Below are positions 45,738 through 58,488 of a stretch of DNA of 64,000 nt, in pieces. Every line of letters starts with the position of its first letter. Position 1 is the first letter of the stretch. Position numbers and translations under genes: made by a program. The notes beneath the pieces were generated by a model, which saw nothing but the letters and a program-made list of their open reading frames with translations, ran no database searches and was not told the DNA's origin. The stretch is from an uncultured delta proteobacterium (lineage in GTDB: Bacteria > Myxococcota > Myxococcia > Myxococcales > Anaeromyxobacteraceae), in contig CAWHDZ010000031.1 of assembly GCA_963828255.1 (NCBI GenBank), positions 82,659-146,658 on the forward strand. Direction: 5' to 3'.

Positions 45738-47049
45738 GTCATGTATGACGGCGGCCAGGGAACTCCTCACCATCCTCGGGACGAAGGGCCCATCAGGCCC
45801 GGCCGCACTTCGCGCCGAGCTCGGGGTCTCTCCGAAGGTGCTCGCAGAGCTCGTCCATGAGGCCGGCGACGAGGTCTTCCGCATCGGAAGGACGCGCGCC
45901 ATTCAGTACGCAAGGACCCGGGCCATCGAGGGGCTCGGACGCACGCTGCCCGTGTTCCGCGTCGACGAGGCGGGCACCGTGGCTTCGGACGGCACGCTCC
46001 GGATGCTCTGGGGCCACCGGACCTTCTGGGACCGCGGCGGATCGGGCACTCTCTTCGAAGGGCTGCCCCCTGCCCTCGTGGACATGGCGCCGCAGGGGTT
46101 CATCGGACGGTCCTTTCCCATCCGGTTCCCGGAACTCCGCCTTCCGTCGAGCATCTCCGACTGGTCGGACGATCACCGGCTCGTCGCGCTGGCCACCCGG
46201 GGCGACGACTGCGTGGGGGATCTCGTCGTTGGCGACGAGTCCCTGCGGCGCTTCGTGAGCCGGAGCCCCGTGGAGGTCGATCAGCGCGACTTCCCCTCCC
46301 TGGCGATCGGTTCGGCATCCGAGGCGGTGGGCTCATCCGCCGGCGGGGAACGCCCCAAGTTCGGCGCGTTCTCCGGAGGCCGGCACGTGCTCGTGAAGTA
46401 CGCACCGCCAGGCGACGGCGGCGCCGTCCGCCGCTGGCGAGACCTGCTCTGGTGCGAGTGGAAGGCCCTCCAGACGGTGGCCGCGGCGGGCCGGCCGGCG
46501 TCCCGCGCGCGGCTCATGGGCGTGGACGGATGGAGGTTCCTCGAGGTCGAGCGATTCGACCGCTTGGGCGCCCGTGGCCGGCGCGCCGTCCTCTCCCTGG
46601 CTGCGCTCGACGTCGAGCACCTGGGCGCTCCCCGCACCTGGACGGAGGCGGCCAGGCTCCTGGAAGCGAAGCCCTTCTCCCTTCCGGCGCAGGACGCGGC
46701 CCACGTTCGATGGCTCGACCTCTTCGGACAGCTCGTCGGCAACACCGACCGTCACTTCGGGAACCTCGGGTTCCTGCCGGCGCCCGACGGCACGCTGCGC
46801 GTCGCGCCGTCCTACGACATGCTCCCCATGATCCTGGCGCCCTCGGGCGACGTCGTGACGCCCCGCTCCTTCGAGCCGGCGGCGCCGGTCGGGGGTTCCG
46901 TGGACGTCTGGCGCGACGCCGCGCGCTGGGCGGAGGGGTTCTGGCGCGAGGTGACGGCCTGCGACGAGCTGGAAGGCGATGTGCGCGCCTTCGCGGGGCG
47001 AGCAGCCGACGCGATCGCCGCGATGGGGCGCCGGCTGGGTCCGGGCTGA
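45736..47049 (+). CDS. YjjJ/HipA-family Ser/Thr kinase toxin with N-terminal HTH
   Basis: N-terminal LRAELGVSP...IGRTRAIQY, DMAPQGFIGR, P-loop GSSAGGERPKF, catalytic GNTDRHFGN and APSYDMLP. The start could be ATG 45745. Confidence 0.88.
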   Translation: MSCMTAARELLTILGTKGPSGPAALRAELGVSPKVLAELVHEAGDEVFRIGRTRAIQYARTRAIEGLGRTLPVFRVDEAGTVASDGTLRMLWGHRTFWDRGGSGTLFEGLPPALVDMAPQGFIGRSFPIRFPELRLPSSISDWSDDHRLVALATRGDDCVGDLVVGDESLRRFVSRSPVEVDQRDFPSLAIGSASEAVGSSAGGERPKFGAFSGGRHVLVKYAPPGDGGAVRRWRDLLWCEWKALQTVAAAGRPASRARLMGVDGWRFLEVERFDRLGARGRRAVLSLAALDVEHLGAPRTWTEAARLLEAKPFSLPAQDAAHVRWLDLFGQLVGNTDRHFGNLGFLPAPDGTLRVAPSYDMLPMILAPSGDVVTPRSFEPAAPVGGSVDVWRDAARWAEGFWREVTACDELEGDVRAFAGRAADAIAAMGRRLGPG

Positions 47050-47060
47050 CGCCCGCCCCC

Positions 47061-47942
47061 CTACACCCGCTCCTGGAACTCCTTGCCGAGCAGCCCCTCC
47101 GGCCGCGCCAGCAGAACGACCACGATCAGGATGAACGCCAGCGAGGTCTTGAACTCGAGCGATACGTAGGCCCCACCCAGGCTCTCGGCCACGCCCAGGA
47201 TGAGCCCGCCCAGCACCGCGCCGGGGAGGCTGTTCAAGCCCCCCAGGACGGCGGCTGCGAGCCCCTTGAACATGGCGTCGAGCATGAAGAATGGATCGAG
47301 CAGGAGGACCGGCGCGAGGAAGACACCCGCCACCACGGCGAGCGCGGCGGCCACACCCCACGCGAAGGCCAGCACGCCGCGGGTGGGGATGCCCAGCGTC
47401 TGGGCCGCCTGGAGGTTCTCGGAGGTGGCCCGCATGGCCAGGCCGAGCCGGGTCTTCTGGGTGATGAGGTAGAGGATGAGGCTCGCCGCCGCCGCCGCGG
47501 CGAGCGTTCCCAGCGAGAGCTCCGAGACGTAGACCAGGCCGACCTTCCACACCTTGGTGTCGGAGAGCGGGAAGGGAAGCCGGTCGGGCTCCGCGCCCCA
47601 GCGGTAAACGGTGAGTCCTTGCAGGATGAGCGCCAGGCCGAGCGTGAGGATCACCTGGCCGAGGTGGTTCGCCCCCTTCCGCTGCGCAGGCACGAGCGCT
47701 CCGAAGTAGAAGACCACCGCGATCACCGAACCGGCCAGGACGGCCATCGCAAAGGCCATCCAGAAGGGCAGGCCGCTGGTGATCATCGAGAAGGCGATGA
47801 AGGTCCCCACCGTGGCGATGTCGGCGTGGGCGAAGTTGAGCACCCGGGTGGATCGGTAGATGAGGACGAGCCCCAGCGCCACCAGCGCGTAGAGGCTCCC
47901 CGCGGAGAGGCCGGCCAGCAGGTACTGGAGGAATCGCTCCAT
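47061..47942 (-). CDS. HAAT-family ABC transporter permease (LivH-like)
   Basis: GSLYALVALGLVLIY...VLNFAH and AAVLGGLNSLPGA. Confidence 0.93.
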   Translation of the reverse strand: MERFLQYLLAGLSAGSLYALVALGLVLIYRSTRVLNFAHADIATVGTFIAFSMITSGLPFWMAFAMAVLAGSVIAVVFYFGALVPAQRKGANHLGQVILTLGLALILQGLTVYRWGAEPDRLPFPLSDTKVWKVGLVYVSELSLGTLAAAAAASLILYLITQKTRLGLAMRATSENLQAAQTLGIPTRGVLAFAWGVAAALAVVAGVFLAPVLLLDPFFMLDAMFKGLAAAVLGGLNSLPGAVLGGLILGVAESLGGAYVSLEFKTSLAFILIVVVLLARPEGLLGKEFQERV

Positions 47943-47948
47943 GTGCAC

Positions 47949-48929
47949 CTACCGGAAGGGCCAGAGACGGAAGTAGAGACGGGTCTTGAGCCACATCCCG
48001 GAGAGGCCGAGGGGCTCGAAGATGAGCACCGCGAGGATGGCGACCCCGAAGAGAACCGGCACCGCCCAGCGAAGCCCGCCGAAGAGGGCTGGCACCAGGA
48101 CCACGAAGGCCGCCCCGAAGACCGAGCCCTCGATGGAGGCCAGCCCCCCCACGATCACCGCGACGAAGAAGTTCATCGACTCGGAGATGTTGAAGGCCTG
48201 CGGCTCCAGGTGCCCGAGGTACTGGGCCATGAGCGCCCCGCTCACCCCCGTGTAGAAGGAGGAGACGGCGAAGGCGAGCAGCTTGTAGCGCGAGAGGTTC
48301 ACCCCCATCGACTCGGCGGCGATGTCGCTGTCGCGAACCGCGACGAAGGCCCGTCCCACGTAGGAGGAGATGAGGTTGTAGCCGGCCCCGGTGAACAGCA
48401 GGAAGATGCCGTAGTAGACCAGGTAGACCCAGACGTCCCGGGACATGCCGAAGGGCGGCTGGAGCGCCGGGATGGAGAGGCCCGCGCGCCCGCCGGAGAG
48501 CAACTCCACGTTGGCGAAGATCTGGTAGGTCGCCGTGCCGAAGCCCAGGGTGGCGATGGCCAGGTAGGGCCCCTTGAGGCGCAAGGACGGGAAGCCCACC
48601 AGCCATCCGGCCAGGCCCGCCGCCGCTCCGGAGGCGGCCAGCGCGACCGAGAAGGGCACCCCGGCGATGCGCAGGTGGCCGAAGGCGTAGGCCCCGATGG
48701 CCAGGAAGCCGGCCTGGCCGAAGGAGATGAGGCCGGAGTATCCGATGAGCAGGTTCTGGCCCAGGACACCCACCGCCAGCAGCCAGATCATGCTGGCGCG
48801 GGAGAGCCAGGCCCGCGGCCCCCACCAGGGAAGCAGCGCCAGCGCCACCAGCAGCAGGATGAGCAGCGTCCTGCCCAGCGGCTTACGGGCGAAGCGGAGT
48901 TCCTCCCGGTAGGTCTCGACGAGATCCAT
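47949..48929 (-). CDS. HAAT-family ABC transporter permease (LivM-like)
   Basis: NLLIGYSGLISFGQAGF, LRLKGPYLAIATL and AVRDSDIAAESMGVN. Confidence 0.93.
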   Translation of the reverse strand: MDLVETYREELRFARKPLGRTLLILLLVALALLPWWGPRAWLSRASMIWLLAVGVLGQNLLIGYSGLISFGQAGFLAIGAYAFGHLRIAGVPFSVALAASGAAAGLAGWLVGFPSLRLKGPYLAIATLGFGTATYQIFANVELLSGGRAGLSIPALQPPFGMSRDVWVYLVYYGIFLLFTGAGYNLISSYVGRAFVAVRDSDIAAESMGVNLSRYKLLAFAVSSFYTGVSGALMAQYLGHLEPQAFNISESMNFFVAVIVGGLASIEGSVFGAAFVVLVPALFGGLRWAVPVLFGVAILAVLIFEPLGLSGMWLKTRLYFRLWPFR

Positions 48930-48932
48930 GCG

Positions 48933-50732
48933 TCAGCCCCGGTACAGCGACTCGATGAGCTCTGCGTAGCGGACTTCCAGGTTGCGCCTCTTCACCTTCT
49001 TGGTGGGCGTCACGTCCCCCTCCTCCTCGTAGAAGCGGCGGGGAAGCAGCGCGAACTTCTTGATCGACTCGACCTGGGAGAGCGTCCGGTTCACCTGGTC
49101 CACCTCCTGGGCGATGAGCTTCTGGATCTCCGGCGCCTGGGTGAGCTCGGCGAAGGTGGCGAAGGGAAGACGGTTGTCCTGGGCGAACTTGGTGACGTTG
49201 TCCTCGTCGATGAGGACCAGCGCCACCACGAACTTGCGCCGGTCCCCGATGACGATGGCGTCCTGGATGTAGGAGCTGAACTTGAGCTTGTTCTCCAGGT
49301 ACGCCGGGGCGATGTTCTTTCCACCCGCGGTGATGATGAGGTCCTTCTTGCGGTCGATGATCTGGAGCCGGCCATCCACCCATTTGCCCACGTCACCGGT
49401 GTGCAGCCAGCCCTCCGGATCGACGGTCCGGGCGGTCTGCTCCGGGTCCTTGAAGTAGCCCTTGAAGACGTGGGGGCCGCGGGTGAGGATCTCGCCGTCC
49501 TCGGCCAGCGTGACCTCGACACCCGGCAGCGGCTCGCCCACCGTGCCCACCAGCGGCCGGTCGGGGCGGTTCACCGCGATGACGCCGGTGGACTCCGTCA
49601 TCCCGTAGCCCTCGACGAGCGGGATCCCCAGCGCCTGGAAGTAGCCGAAGAGCTCGGGCGAGGCCGGGGCCGCGCCGCTGAAGGCGAGGCGGGCCCGGTC
49701 GAAGCCGATGCGCCGCTTGAGCGGCTCGAAGACGGTCCAGTAGGTGAGGAAGCGGGCCAGGCGCAACCCGGCCGGCACCGGCCCCTTGCCGCGGGCCTCC
49801 TCCCAGCGGCGCCCCACCTTCACGGCGAGGCGATAGAGGACGCGCTTCAGCAAGGTGGCGTCGGCCATCCGGAGCTCGATGGTCGAGGCCAGCTTCTCCC
49901 AGATGCGCGGCACGCTGGCGAAGTAGGTCGGGGAGACCTCGCGCAGGTTCTGGAAGAGCGTGTCCAGGCTCTCCACGAAGTTCACGATGAAGCCCACCTG
50001 CAGGTGCAGGAGGAGCGAGCCCAGGTTCTCGTAGATGTGGGCCAGCGGCAGGTAGGAGATGACGTCGTCGTCCCGCCGGGCCCCGTAGGCCTGGACCAGC
50101 GCCTGCGACATGAAGAGGGAGCTGCCGTGGGAGAGCATGGCGCCCTTGGGATTCCCGGTGGTGCCGGAGGTGTAGATGATCATCGCCGTGTCCTCCGGCG
50201 CGACCCCGGCCAGCACCCGGTCGAGCCGTCCGGGCTCGGCGGCGCGCAGCGCGTCCCCCTCCTTCTCGAAGTCCTCGTGGAGGACCACGCGGGGGTCCTT
50301 GAAGCCCCACAGCCCCTTGGCGTCCCAGACCACCATCCGCTCGACCTTGGTCTGCGGCAGGATGGGCAGCACCTTCTCGAGCTGCTCCTCGTTCTCCACG
50401 AAGATCACCCGGGCCTCGGAGTGATCGAGGAGGTAGAGGACCTGCTCGGGCGACGAGGTCGGGTAGACGCCGGTGGTGGCCCCGCCCGCGGCCATGATGC
50501 CGAGCGAGGTGTAGAGCCACTCCGGGCGGTTCTCGCCCAGGACCGCCACGTTCTCCTGGTGGCGCAGCCCGAAGGCGGCGAGGCTGGCCGCCACCTTGCG
50601 GACGTTCTCGGCGTACTCGTTCCAGGTGACCCGGTGCCAGATGCCCAGCGCCTTGTAGCGCATGGCCACGGCGTCGCCGCTGCGGGTAGCCTGGTCGAAG
50701 AGCAGGCCAGGGAGGCTGCGGACGGTGCTCAC
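48933..50732 (-). CDS. Long-chain acyl-CoA synthetase (AMP-binding)
   Basis: IIYTSGTTGNPKG, EGYGMTE, WLHTGDVG and DRKKDLIITAGGKNIAP. GTG 50732 overlaps the upstream stop. Confidence 0.94.
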   Translation of the reverse strand: MSTVRSLPGLLFDQATRSGDAVAMRYKALGIWHRVTWNEYAENVRKVAASLAAFGLRHQENVAVLGENRPEWLYTSLGIMAAGGATTGVYPTSSPEQVLYLLDHSEARVIFVENEEQLEKVLPILPQTKVERMVVWDAKGLWGFKDPRVVLHEDFEKEGDALRAAEPGRLDRVLAGVAPEDTAMIIYTSGTTGNPKGAMLSHGSSLFMSQALVQAYGARRDDDVISYLPLAHIYENLGSLLLHLQVGFIVNFVESLDTLFQNLREVSPTYFASVPRIWEKLASTIELRMADATLLKRVLYRLAVKVGRRWEEARGKGPVPAGLRLARFLTYWTVFEPLKRRIGFDRARLAFSGAAPASPELFGYFQALGIPLVEGYGMTESTGVIAVNRPDRPLVGTVGEPLPGVEVTLAEDGEILTRGPHVFKGYFKDPEQTARTVDPEGWLHTGDVGKWVDGRLQIIDRKKDLIITAGGKNIAPAYLENKLKFSSYIQDAIVIGDRRKFVVALVLIDEDNVTKFAQDNRLPFATFAELTQAPEIQKLIAQEVDQVNRTLSQVESIKKFALLPRRFYEEEGDVTPTKKVKRRNLEVRYAELIESLYRG

Positions 50733-51523
50733 CAGCGTCTCCTCTTCCGGTAGAGCCGGAAGCTCTTGCCCTCGGTGGCGTCGGCGCCGCCGATGCCCAG
50801 GTAGACGTCGCGGACGTCGGGGTGCTCGGAGAGCTCCTGCGGCGTTCCGGTGATGACGATGCGCCCGGTCTCGAGGATCGCCGCGCGGTTGGAGATTCGA
50901 AGGGCCATCCGGGCGTTCTGCTCCACGAGCAGGATGGTGGTGCCGGCCTGGCTGATCTGGACCAGCGCGTCGAAGACGATCTTCGACATCTCCGGCGTGA
51001 GCCCGAGCGAGGGCTCGTCGAGGAGCAGCAACCGCGGCCGGCGCAGGAGCGAGCGCCCGATGGCCAGCATCTGCTGCTCGCCGCCGGAGAGGGTGTCGGC
51101 CTGCTGCTGCATCCTCTCCCGCAGCCGCGGGAAGAGGACGTGAACCCGCTCCAGATCCTCGCGGGCCTGCTTGCGGGGCTTGCCCCACATGCCCAGCTCG
51201 AGGTTCTCGGAGACGGTCAGCTCGCGGAAGAGGCCGCGGTCCTCGGCCACGAAGACCACGCCCGCGTCGGCCACGTCCTCCGGCTGCTGCCGCTCGATGC
51301 GCTGGCCGTCGAGCCGGATGGTGCCCTTCTTGGGCTGGTCGCGCAGGAGGCCGGCGATGGACTTGAGGAGCGTGGTCTTGCCGGCGCCGTTGGGCCCCAG
51401 CACCGCGAAGATCTCCCGCTCGCGGAGCTCGAGCGACACGCCGGAGAGCGCGTAGATGCGGTCGTGGTAGAGGGTCTCGATGGAGGAGACCGCCAGCACG
51501 GGGGGCGCCGGGGACTCGGTCAC
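50729..51523 (-). CDS. ABC transporter ATP-binding protein (LivF-like)
   Basis: GPNGAGKT, LSGGEQQ and LLLDEPSLGL. Confidence 0.95.
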   Translation of the reverse strand: MTESPAPPVLAVSSIETLYHDRIYALSGVSLELREREIFAVLGPNGAGKTTLLKSIAGLLRDQPKKGTIRLDGQRIERQQPEDVADAGVVFVAEDRGLFRELTVSENLELGMWGKPRKQAREDLERVHVLFPRLRERMQQQADTLSGGEQQMLAIGRSLLRRPRLLLLDEPSLGLTPEMSKIVFDALVQISQAGTTILLVEQNARMALRISNRAAILETGRIVITGTPQELSEHPDVRDVYLGIGGADATEGKSFRLYRKRRRW

Positions 51524-52278
51524 TGGTCCCCCAGGTAGGCGCGGATGACGCCGGGGTGGCGCTGCACCTCCGCGGGCGGGCCCTCGGTGAGCTTGAGCCC
51601 CCGGTCGAGCACCACCATGCGCTCGCAGAGGCGGGAGGCGACGCGGAGGTCGTGCTCGACGAGGAGCACGGTGACGTGGAAGCGCCCGCGGATCTCGTGG
51701 ATCCAGTAGGAGACCTCCTCCTTCTCCTCGGCGGTGAGCCCGGAGACCGGCTCGTCGAGGAGCAGCAGGCGCGGCTCGGTGCAGAGCGCCCGCCCCATCT
51801 CGACCCGCTTCTGCACGCCGTAGGCGCAGCCGCCCACGCGGGAGTCACGCCAGGCCTCCAGGTCGAGGAACTCGATGATCTCCTCCACCTTGGCCCGGTG
51901 CCGGATCTCCTCGCCGCGCATCCGCGCCGCCGCGGCCAGGATGTTCTTCTTGAAGTGGAGGTGGCGCCCGAGCATCAGGTTGTCGAGCACCGTCATGTGC
52001 AGGAAGAGGCGCAGGTTCTGGAAGGTGCGCGCCACGCCGCGCGCGGTGACGCGGTCGGGGGAGAGGCCGAGCAGGCTCTCCCCCCCGAGCGCGATGCTGC
52101 CCGAAGTGGGGCGGTAGAGGCCGGTGACGCAGTTGAAGAGCGAGGTCTTCCCCGAGCCGTTCGGCCCGATGACCGCGAGCGTCTCCCCCTCGGCGATGGA
52201 CAGGTCGATCCCGCCCAGCGCCGTGATTCCACCGAACTTCAGAGTGAGGTCGCGGACCTCGAGCAGCGATTCCCCCAC
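51520..52278 (-). CDS. ABC transporter ATP-binding protein (LivG-like)
   Basis: GPNGSGKT, ARTFQNLRLF, LLLDEP and VIRAYLG. Confidence 0.95.
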   Translation of the reverse strand: MGESLLEVRDLTLKFGGITALGGIDLSIAEGETLAVIGPNGSGKTSLFNCVTGLYRPTSGSIALGGESLLGLSPDRVTARGVARTFQNLRLFLHMTVLDNLMLGRHLHFKKNILAAAARMRGEEIRHRAKVEEIIEFLDLEAWRDSRVGGCAYGVQKRVEMGRALCTEPRLLLLDEPVSGLTAEEKEEVSYWIHEIRGRFHVTVLLVEHDLRVASRLCERMVVLDRGLKLTEGPPAEVQRHPGVIRAYLGDQ

Positions 52279-52288
52279 CGACCGTTTC

Positions 52289-53479
52289 CTAGAAGAGCGG
52301 CTTGAAGGTCTGCCAGGGGGTGATCTGGTTCGGCGTGGCGTCGGTGGCCTTCCCGGCGCGCATGAGGCGGACGGCGTTCAGCCCGTGGTGGCGGTCCGGG
52401 CCGAAGGTGACGCCGGGCACGAGCCCTTCCTCGGTGTAGTCCTTGATGGTCGCCATGGCGGCCAGGAACTTCTCGCGGGTGAGGTCCTTGCCGGCACGCT
52501 TGAGCCCCTCGACCAGGATGAGGACGTTGGCCGCGCCCTGCACGCAGAAGCCCTCGCGCCCCTTCAGCTTGGGGTCGTTCTTGATGACGATCTCGATGAC
52601 CTTGTCTGCGGCGGCCTCGCCGCGGAGCGCCAGCGCCGAGTCGTAGTAGGCGCCTTCCCAGAGGTCGCCGAGGAGCCGGAACATGGTGTCGCGATCGTAG
52701 AGGGTGAAGGAGGCGAAGATCTTCGGACGGTAGCCGACCTTGGCCATCTCCTTGATGAGGCCGGCCGCGTGGGTGGCGGTGGAGTAGATGAGCACCGCCT
52801 CCGCGCCCGACTCCTTCATCTTGAGAGCCTGGGTGCCCAGTTCACGGTCGGTGACCTCGTAGAAGACCTCGCCCACGATGGCGATGCCGGGGTTCTTGGC
52901 GACGCCGCGCTTGGCGCCGTCCAGTCCCTGCTTGCCGTAGTCGTCGTTCTGGCCGAAGAAGCCCAGCTTCTTCACCTTCTCGAGCTTGGCGGCCTGCCCG
53001 ACCAGGAACTCGGCCTCGTCGGCGTAGTCCGGGTAGACCTGGAACACCGTGCGGACCTTCTCCCGGGGCTGCTTGGCGAAGACCTGCACGTTGCCGAGCG
53101 GGTAGATGAGCGGCAGGCCGGCCTCGGCCACCAGGTCCTTGTTGGCGTTCAGGACCGCCGTGCCCACGGTGCCGATCACCGCGAAGACCGAGTCCTTCAT
53201 CTCGTTGAAGTTTGCCACCGCGCGCCCCGGGTTGTAGCCGTCGTCCTTGAGGACGATCTTGAGCTTGCGGCCGTGGATGCCGCCCTGGGCGTTGACGTGG
53301 GTCGCGTAGGCCTCCGAGGCCATCGCGATGGTTCCCCATGCGGCGGCCGGGCCGGAGAGCGGGCCGGTGATGCCGATGGTGATCTCGGTGTCGGTGACTC
53401 CGGGCACGGCGGCCGCGCGGGCCTCGCCGACGCCGAGGAGGAGGGAGAGGAATGCTGCCGAGAGGATCCGGAGCGCCAT
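52289..53479 (-). CDS. HAAT-family ABC transporter substrate-binding protein
   Basis: Signal peptide, PGVTDTEITIG, PLSGPAA, GGIHGRKL...DDGYNP and QNDDYG. Confidence 0.92.
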   Translation of the reverse strand: MALRILSAAFLSLLLGVGEARAAAVPGVTDTEITIGITGPLSGPAAAWGTIAMASEAYATHVNAQGGIHGRKLKIVLKDDGYNPGRAVANFNEMKDSVFAVIGTVGTAVLNANKDLVAEAGLPLIYPLGNVQVFAKQPREKVRTVFQVYPDYADEAEFLVGQAAKLEKVKKLGFFGQNDDYGKQGLDGAKRGVAKNPGIAIVGEVFYEVTDRELGTQALKMKESGAEAVLIYSTATHAAGLIKEMAKVGYRPKIFASFTLYDRDTMFRLLGDLWEGAYYDSALALRGEAAADKVIEIVIKNDPKLKGREGFCVQGAANVLILVEGLKRAGKDLTREKFLAAMATIKDYTEEGLVPGVTFGPDRHHGLNAVRLMRAGKATDATPNQITPWQTFKPLF

Positions 53480-53575
53480 GGGCACCTCCACTGCTGTGGG
53501 TTCGAGTGTCACGCCGTCCGGGCGGGTGGGCGGCGAGCGGAGACCTTATAACTGCAAGACGTTCCGGAGCATTGC

Positions 53576-53612
53576 GCACTGCGTCGCGGCACGTCGTTCC
53601 GCGGTGCGGAAT
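53576..53612. promoter_or_regulatory. Putative IclR operator 3
   Basis: GTTCCGCGGTGCGGAAT at 53596-53612, preceded by GCGGCACGTC as at operator 1 (GCGGCACCTC), upstream of the ABC operon. Confidence 0.6.
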
Positions 53613-53620
53613 GACCTCGC

Positions 53621-56990
<3,370 letters not shown>

Positions 56991-56994
<4 letters not shown>

Positions 56995-57764
56995 AAGGCG
57001 AAGCCCACCTGCCCCACCGCCGAGGTGGCGCCGAAGGGCGCCCACTCCACGAGGAGGTCGATGCCGAACGGCAGGCTGGCCGCCACGCCGAAGGCCACCT
57101 GCCAGTGGGCCACGTCGGTGCCGGTGACGGAGGCGCCGCCGAGCTGCCAGAAGACCGGACCGCCGAAGACCTTGGCGCCCACGTAGGGGGCGACGATCCC
57201 CGCGATGGACTTCCCCGCGCTCGCCGAGAGGCCGGCGTCGAGGGAGGTGAGCGGGGCCTTCACCCCGCCAGGCCCGGTGGTGTTCACGCCGGAGGCGGCC
57301 AGGCTGGCCGACAGAGCCACGAAGGGCCACGGACCGCTGCCGTCCAGCGCCATCCAGGTCGCGCCGAGTCGCACGAGCCACCCGGGGTCCATCACGTAGG
57401 TGGCCCCGCCGGCGTCGATGCTCCCCGAGATCACGGCGCCCGCGCCGGCGGTCACCGACCAGGCCCGATCGAGCTGCCGGGTGACCGACGCGGCCACGCT
57501 GCGCTGGACGAACGGGGCGCTGACGTCGCCGAAGCGCAGCTCCGATGCCAGCCAGCCGTAGGCGGCGGCCACCCGCCAGACCGGCGCGGGCGCAGTCGCG
57601 GTACCCGCCGGGTCGGCGCCGTCGTCGGCGTCGCACACCCTCCTCGCCATCGCCGTGGGACCCACGGGCGCGGAGACGCCTCAGCCGAAGGCGTCGCGCG
57701 GGAAGGCGAGGGCCAGCGCGGCCACCCCGAGGAGGGCCGCGGTCCGTACCGGGGGGACGCGCAT
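56991..57764 (-). CDS. Outer-membrane beta-barrel protein, candidate selenoprotein (Sec at codon 28, first residue after signal peptide), 257 aa
   Basis: ATG 57764 lies 2 nt after the upstream gene's TAG. MRVPPVRTAALLGVAALALAFPRDAFG-TGA(57683-57681)-GVSAPVGPTAMARRVC continues in frame into ORF 56991..57665, with amphipathic beta-strands and C-terminal GQVGFAF. Confidence 0.75.
57640..57675 (-). promoter_or_regulatory. Candidate bacterial SECIS hairpin for the beta-barrel gene
   Basis: mRNA UGA-GGCGUCUCCGCGC-CCGUGG-GUC-CCACGG-CG. The perfect 6-bp stem spans 57653-57667, with GGUC at positions 22-25 counting U of UGA as 1. Confidence 0.65.
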
Positions 57765-57766
57765 CC

Positions 57767-58390
57767 CTACTTCACCAGGATCTGCGCCTTCACGAGGTCG
57801 GCCACCAGCTGCGCCGACAGCGACTGGGCGGCGCTCTGGGCGTCCTGGACGTTGAAGGTGTTGGACTGGCCGCTCCACACCAGCGACTCGGGGAGGGCGT
57901 GGGTGGAGTAGACGTTGGTCTCGGCGAGCACGTTGGTCTGCTCGGTGATGTAGCCCGGGGAGTAGACCGCGCCGTAGCCGTAGCCGTACGCGCCGTAGTA
58001 GCCGCCGTAATAGGGCGCGGCCGGCACGTAGGTCATGCTGGGCGGCACGTACTCCTCGGTGGTCTTCTTGGTGAGCCGCTGCACGATGACCAGGTCGACC
58101 TTGTTCTCGGCCACGTACTGCTTCACCTTCTCCTTGTCGAGCTGGCCAGGCGGGAAGACGCTGGCCGAGGTGGAGGCCTGGAAGCCCTTGTTGATCAGCG
58201 CCTGGGCGAGGCCGTTCTCGAACTGGACCCGGTACATGTCGTTCGGCATCACCCCGATGATGAAGATGCGGCTCACCGGCTGCGCCCGGTAGTTGGGATC
58301 GCGCCAGGTCTGGACCAGGTTGGTGGTGGTGCAGGAGGAGATCACCAGGACGGCCAGGGCGGGAACGATGGCGCGGAGCAACGTCTTCAT
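57767..58390 (-). CDS. Lipoprotein of unknown function (DUF4136-like)
   Basis: Lipobox ISSC, Tyr/Gly-rich loop YYGGYYGAYGYGYG, and ETNVY...LVWSG. Confidence 0.8.
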   Translation of the reverse strand: MKTLLRAIVPALAVLVISSCTTTNLVQTWRDPNYRAQPVSRIFIIGVMPNDMYRVQFENGLAQALINKGFQASTSASVFPPGQLDKEKVKQYVAENKVDLVIVQRLTKKTTEEYVPPSMTYVPAAPYYGGYYGAYGYGYGAVYSPGYITEQTNVLAETNVYSTHALPESLVWSGQSNTFNVQDAQSAAQSLSAQLVADLVKAQILVK

Positions 58391-58488
58391 GTGAGACCCT
58401 TTCTGGAAACCGCCGGGGGGACCCGAGGGGCAAGGCGTTCCATCGAATCCTAACCGAGGGAGCAGCCCGGACACCGGGAAAGTTGGAG

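Noticed and set aside
57681..57695. Reading AFG-U as a lipobox (a seleno-lipoprotein)
   Set aside because: A-F-G preceded by P-R-D does not fit the [LVI][ASTVI][GAS]C lipobox, and the C-terminal Phe barrel signature favours signal peptidase I cleavage. Not fully excluded.
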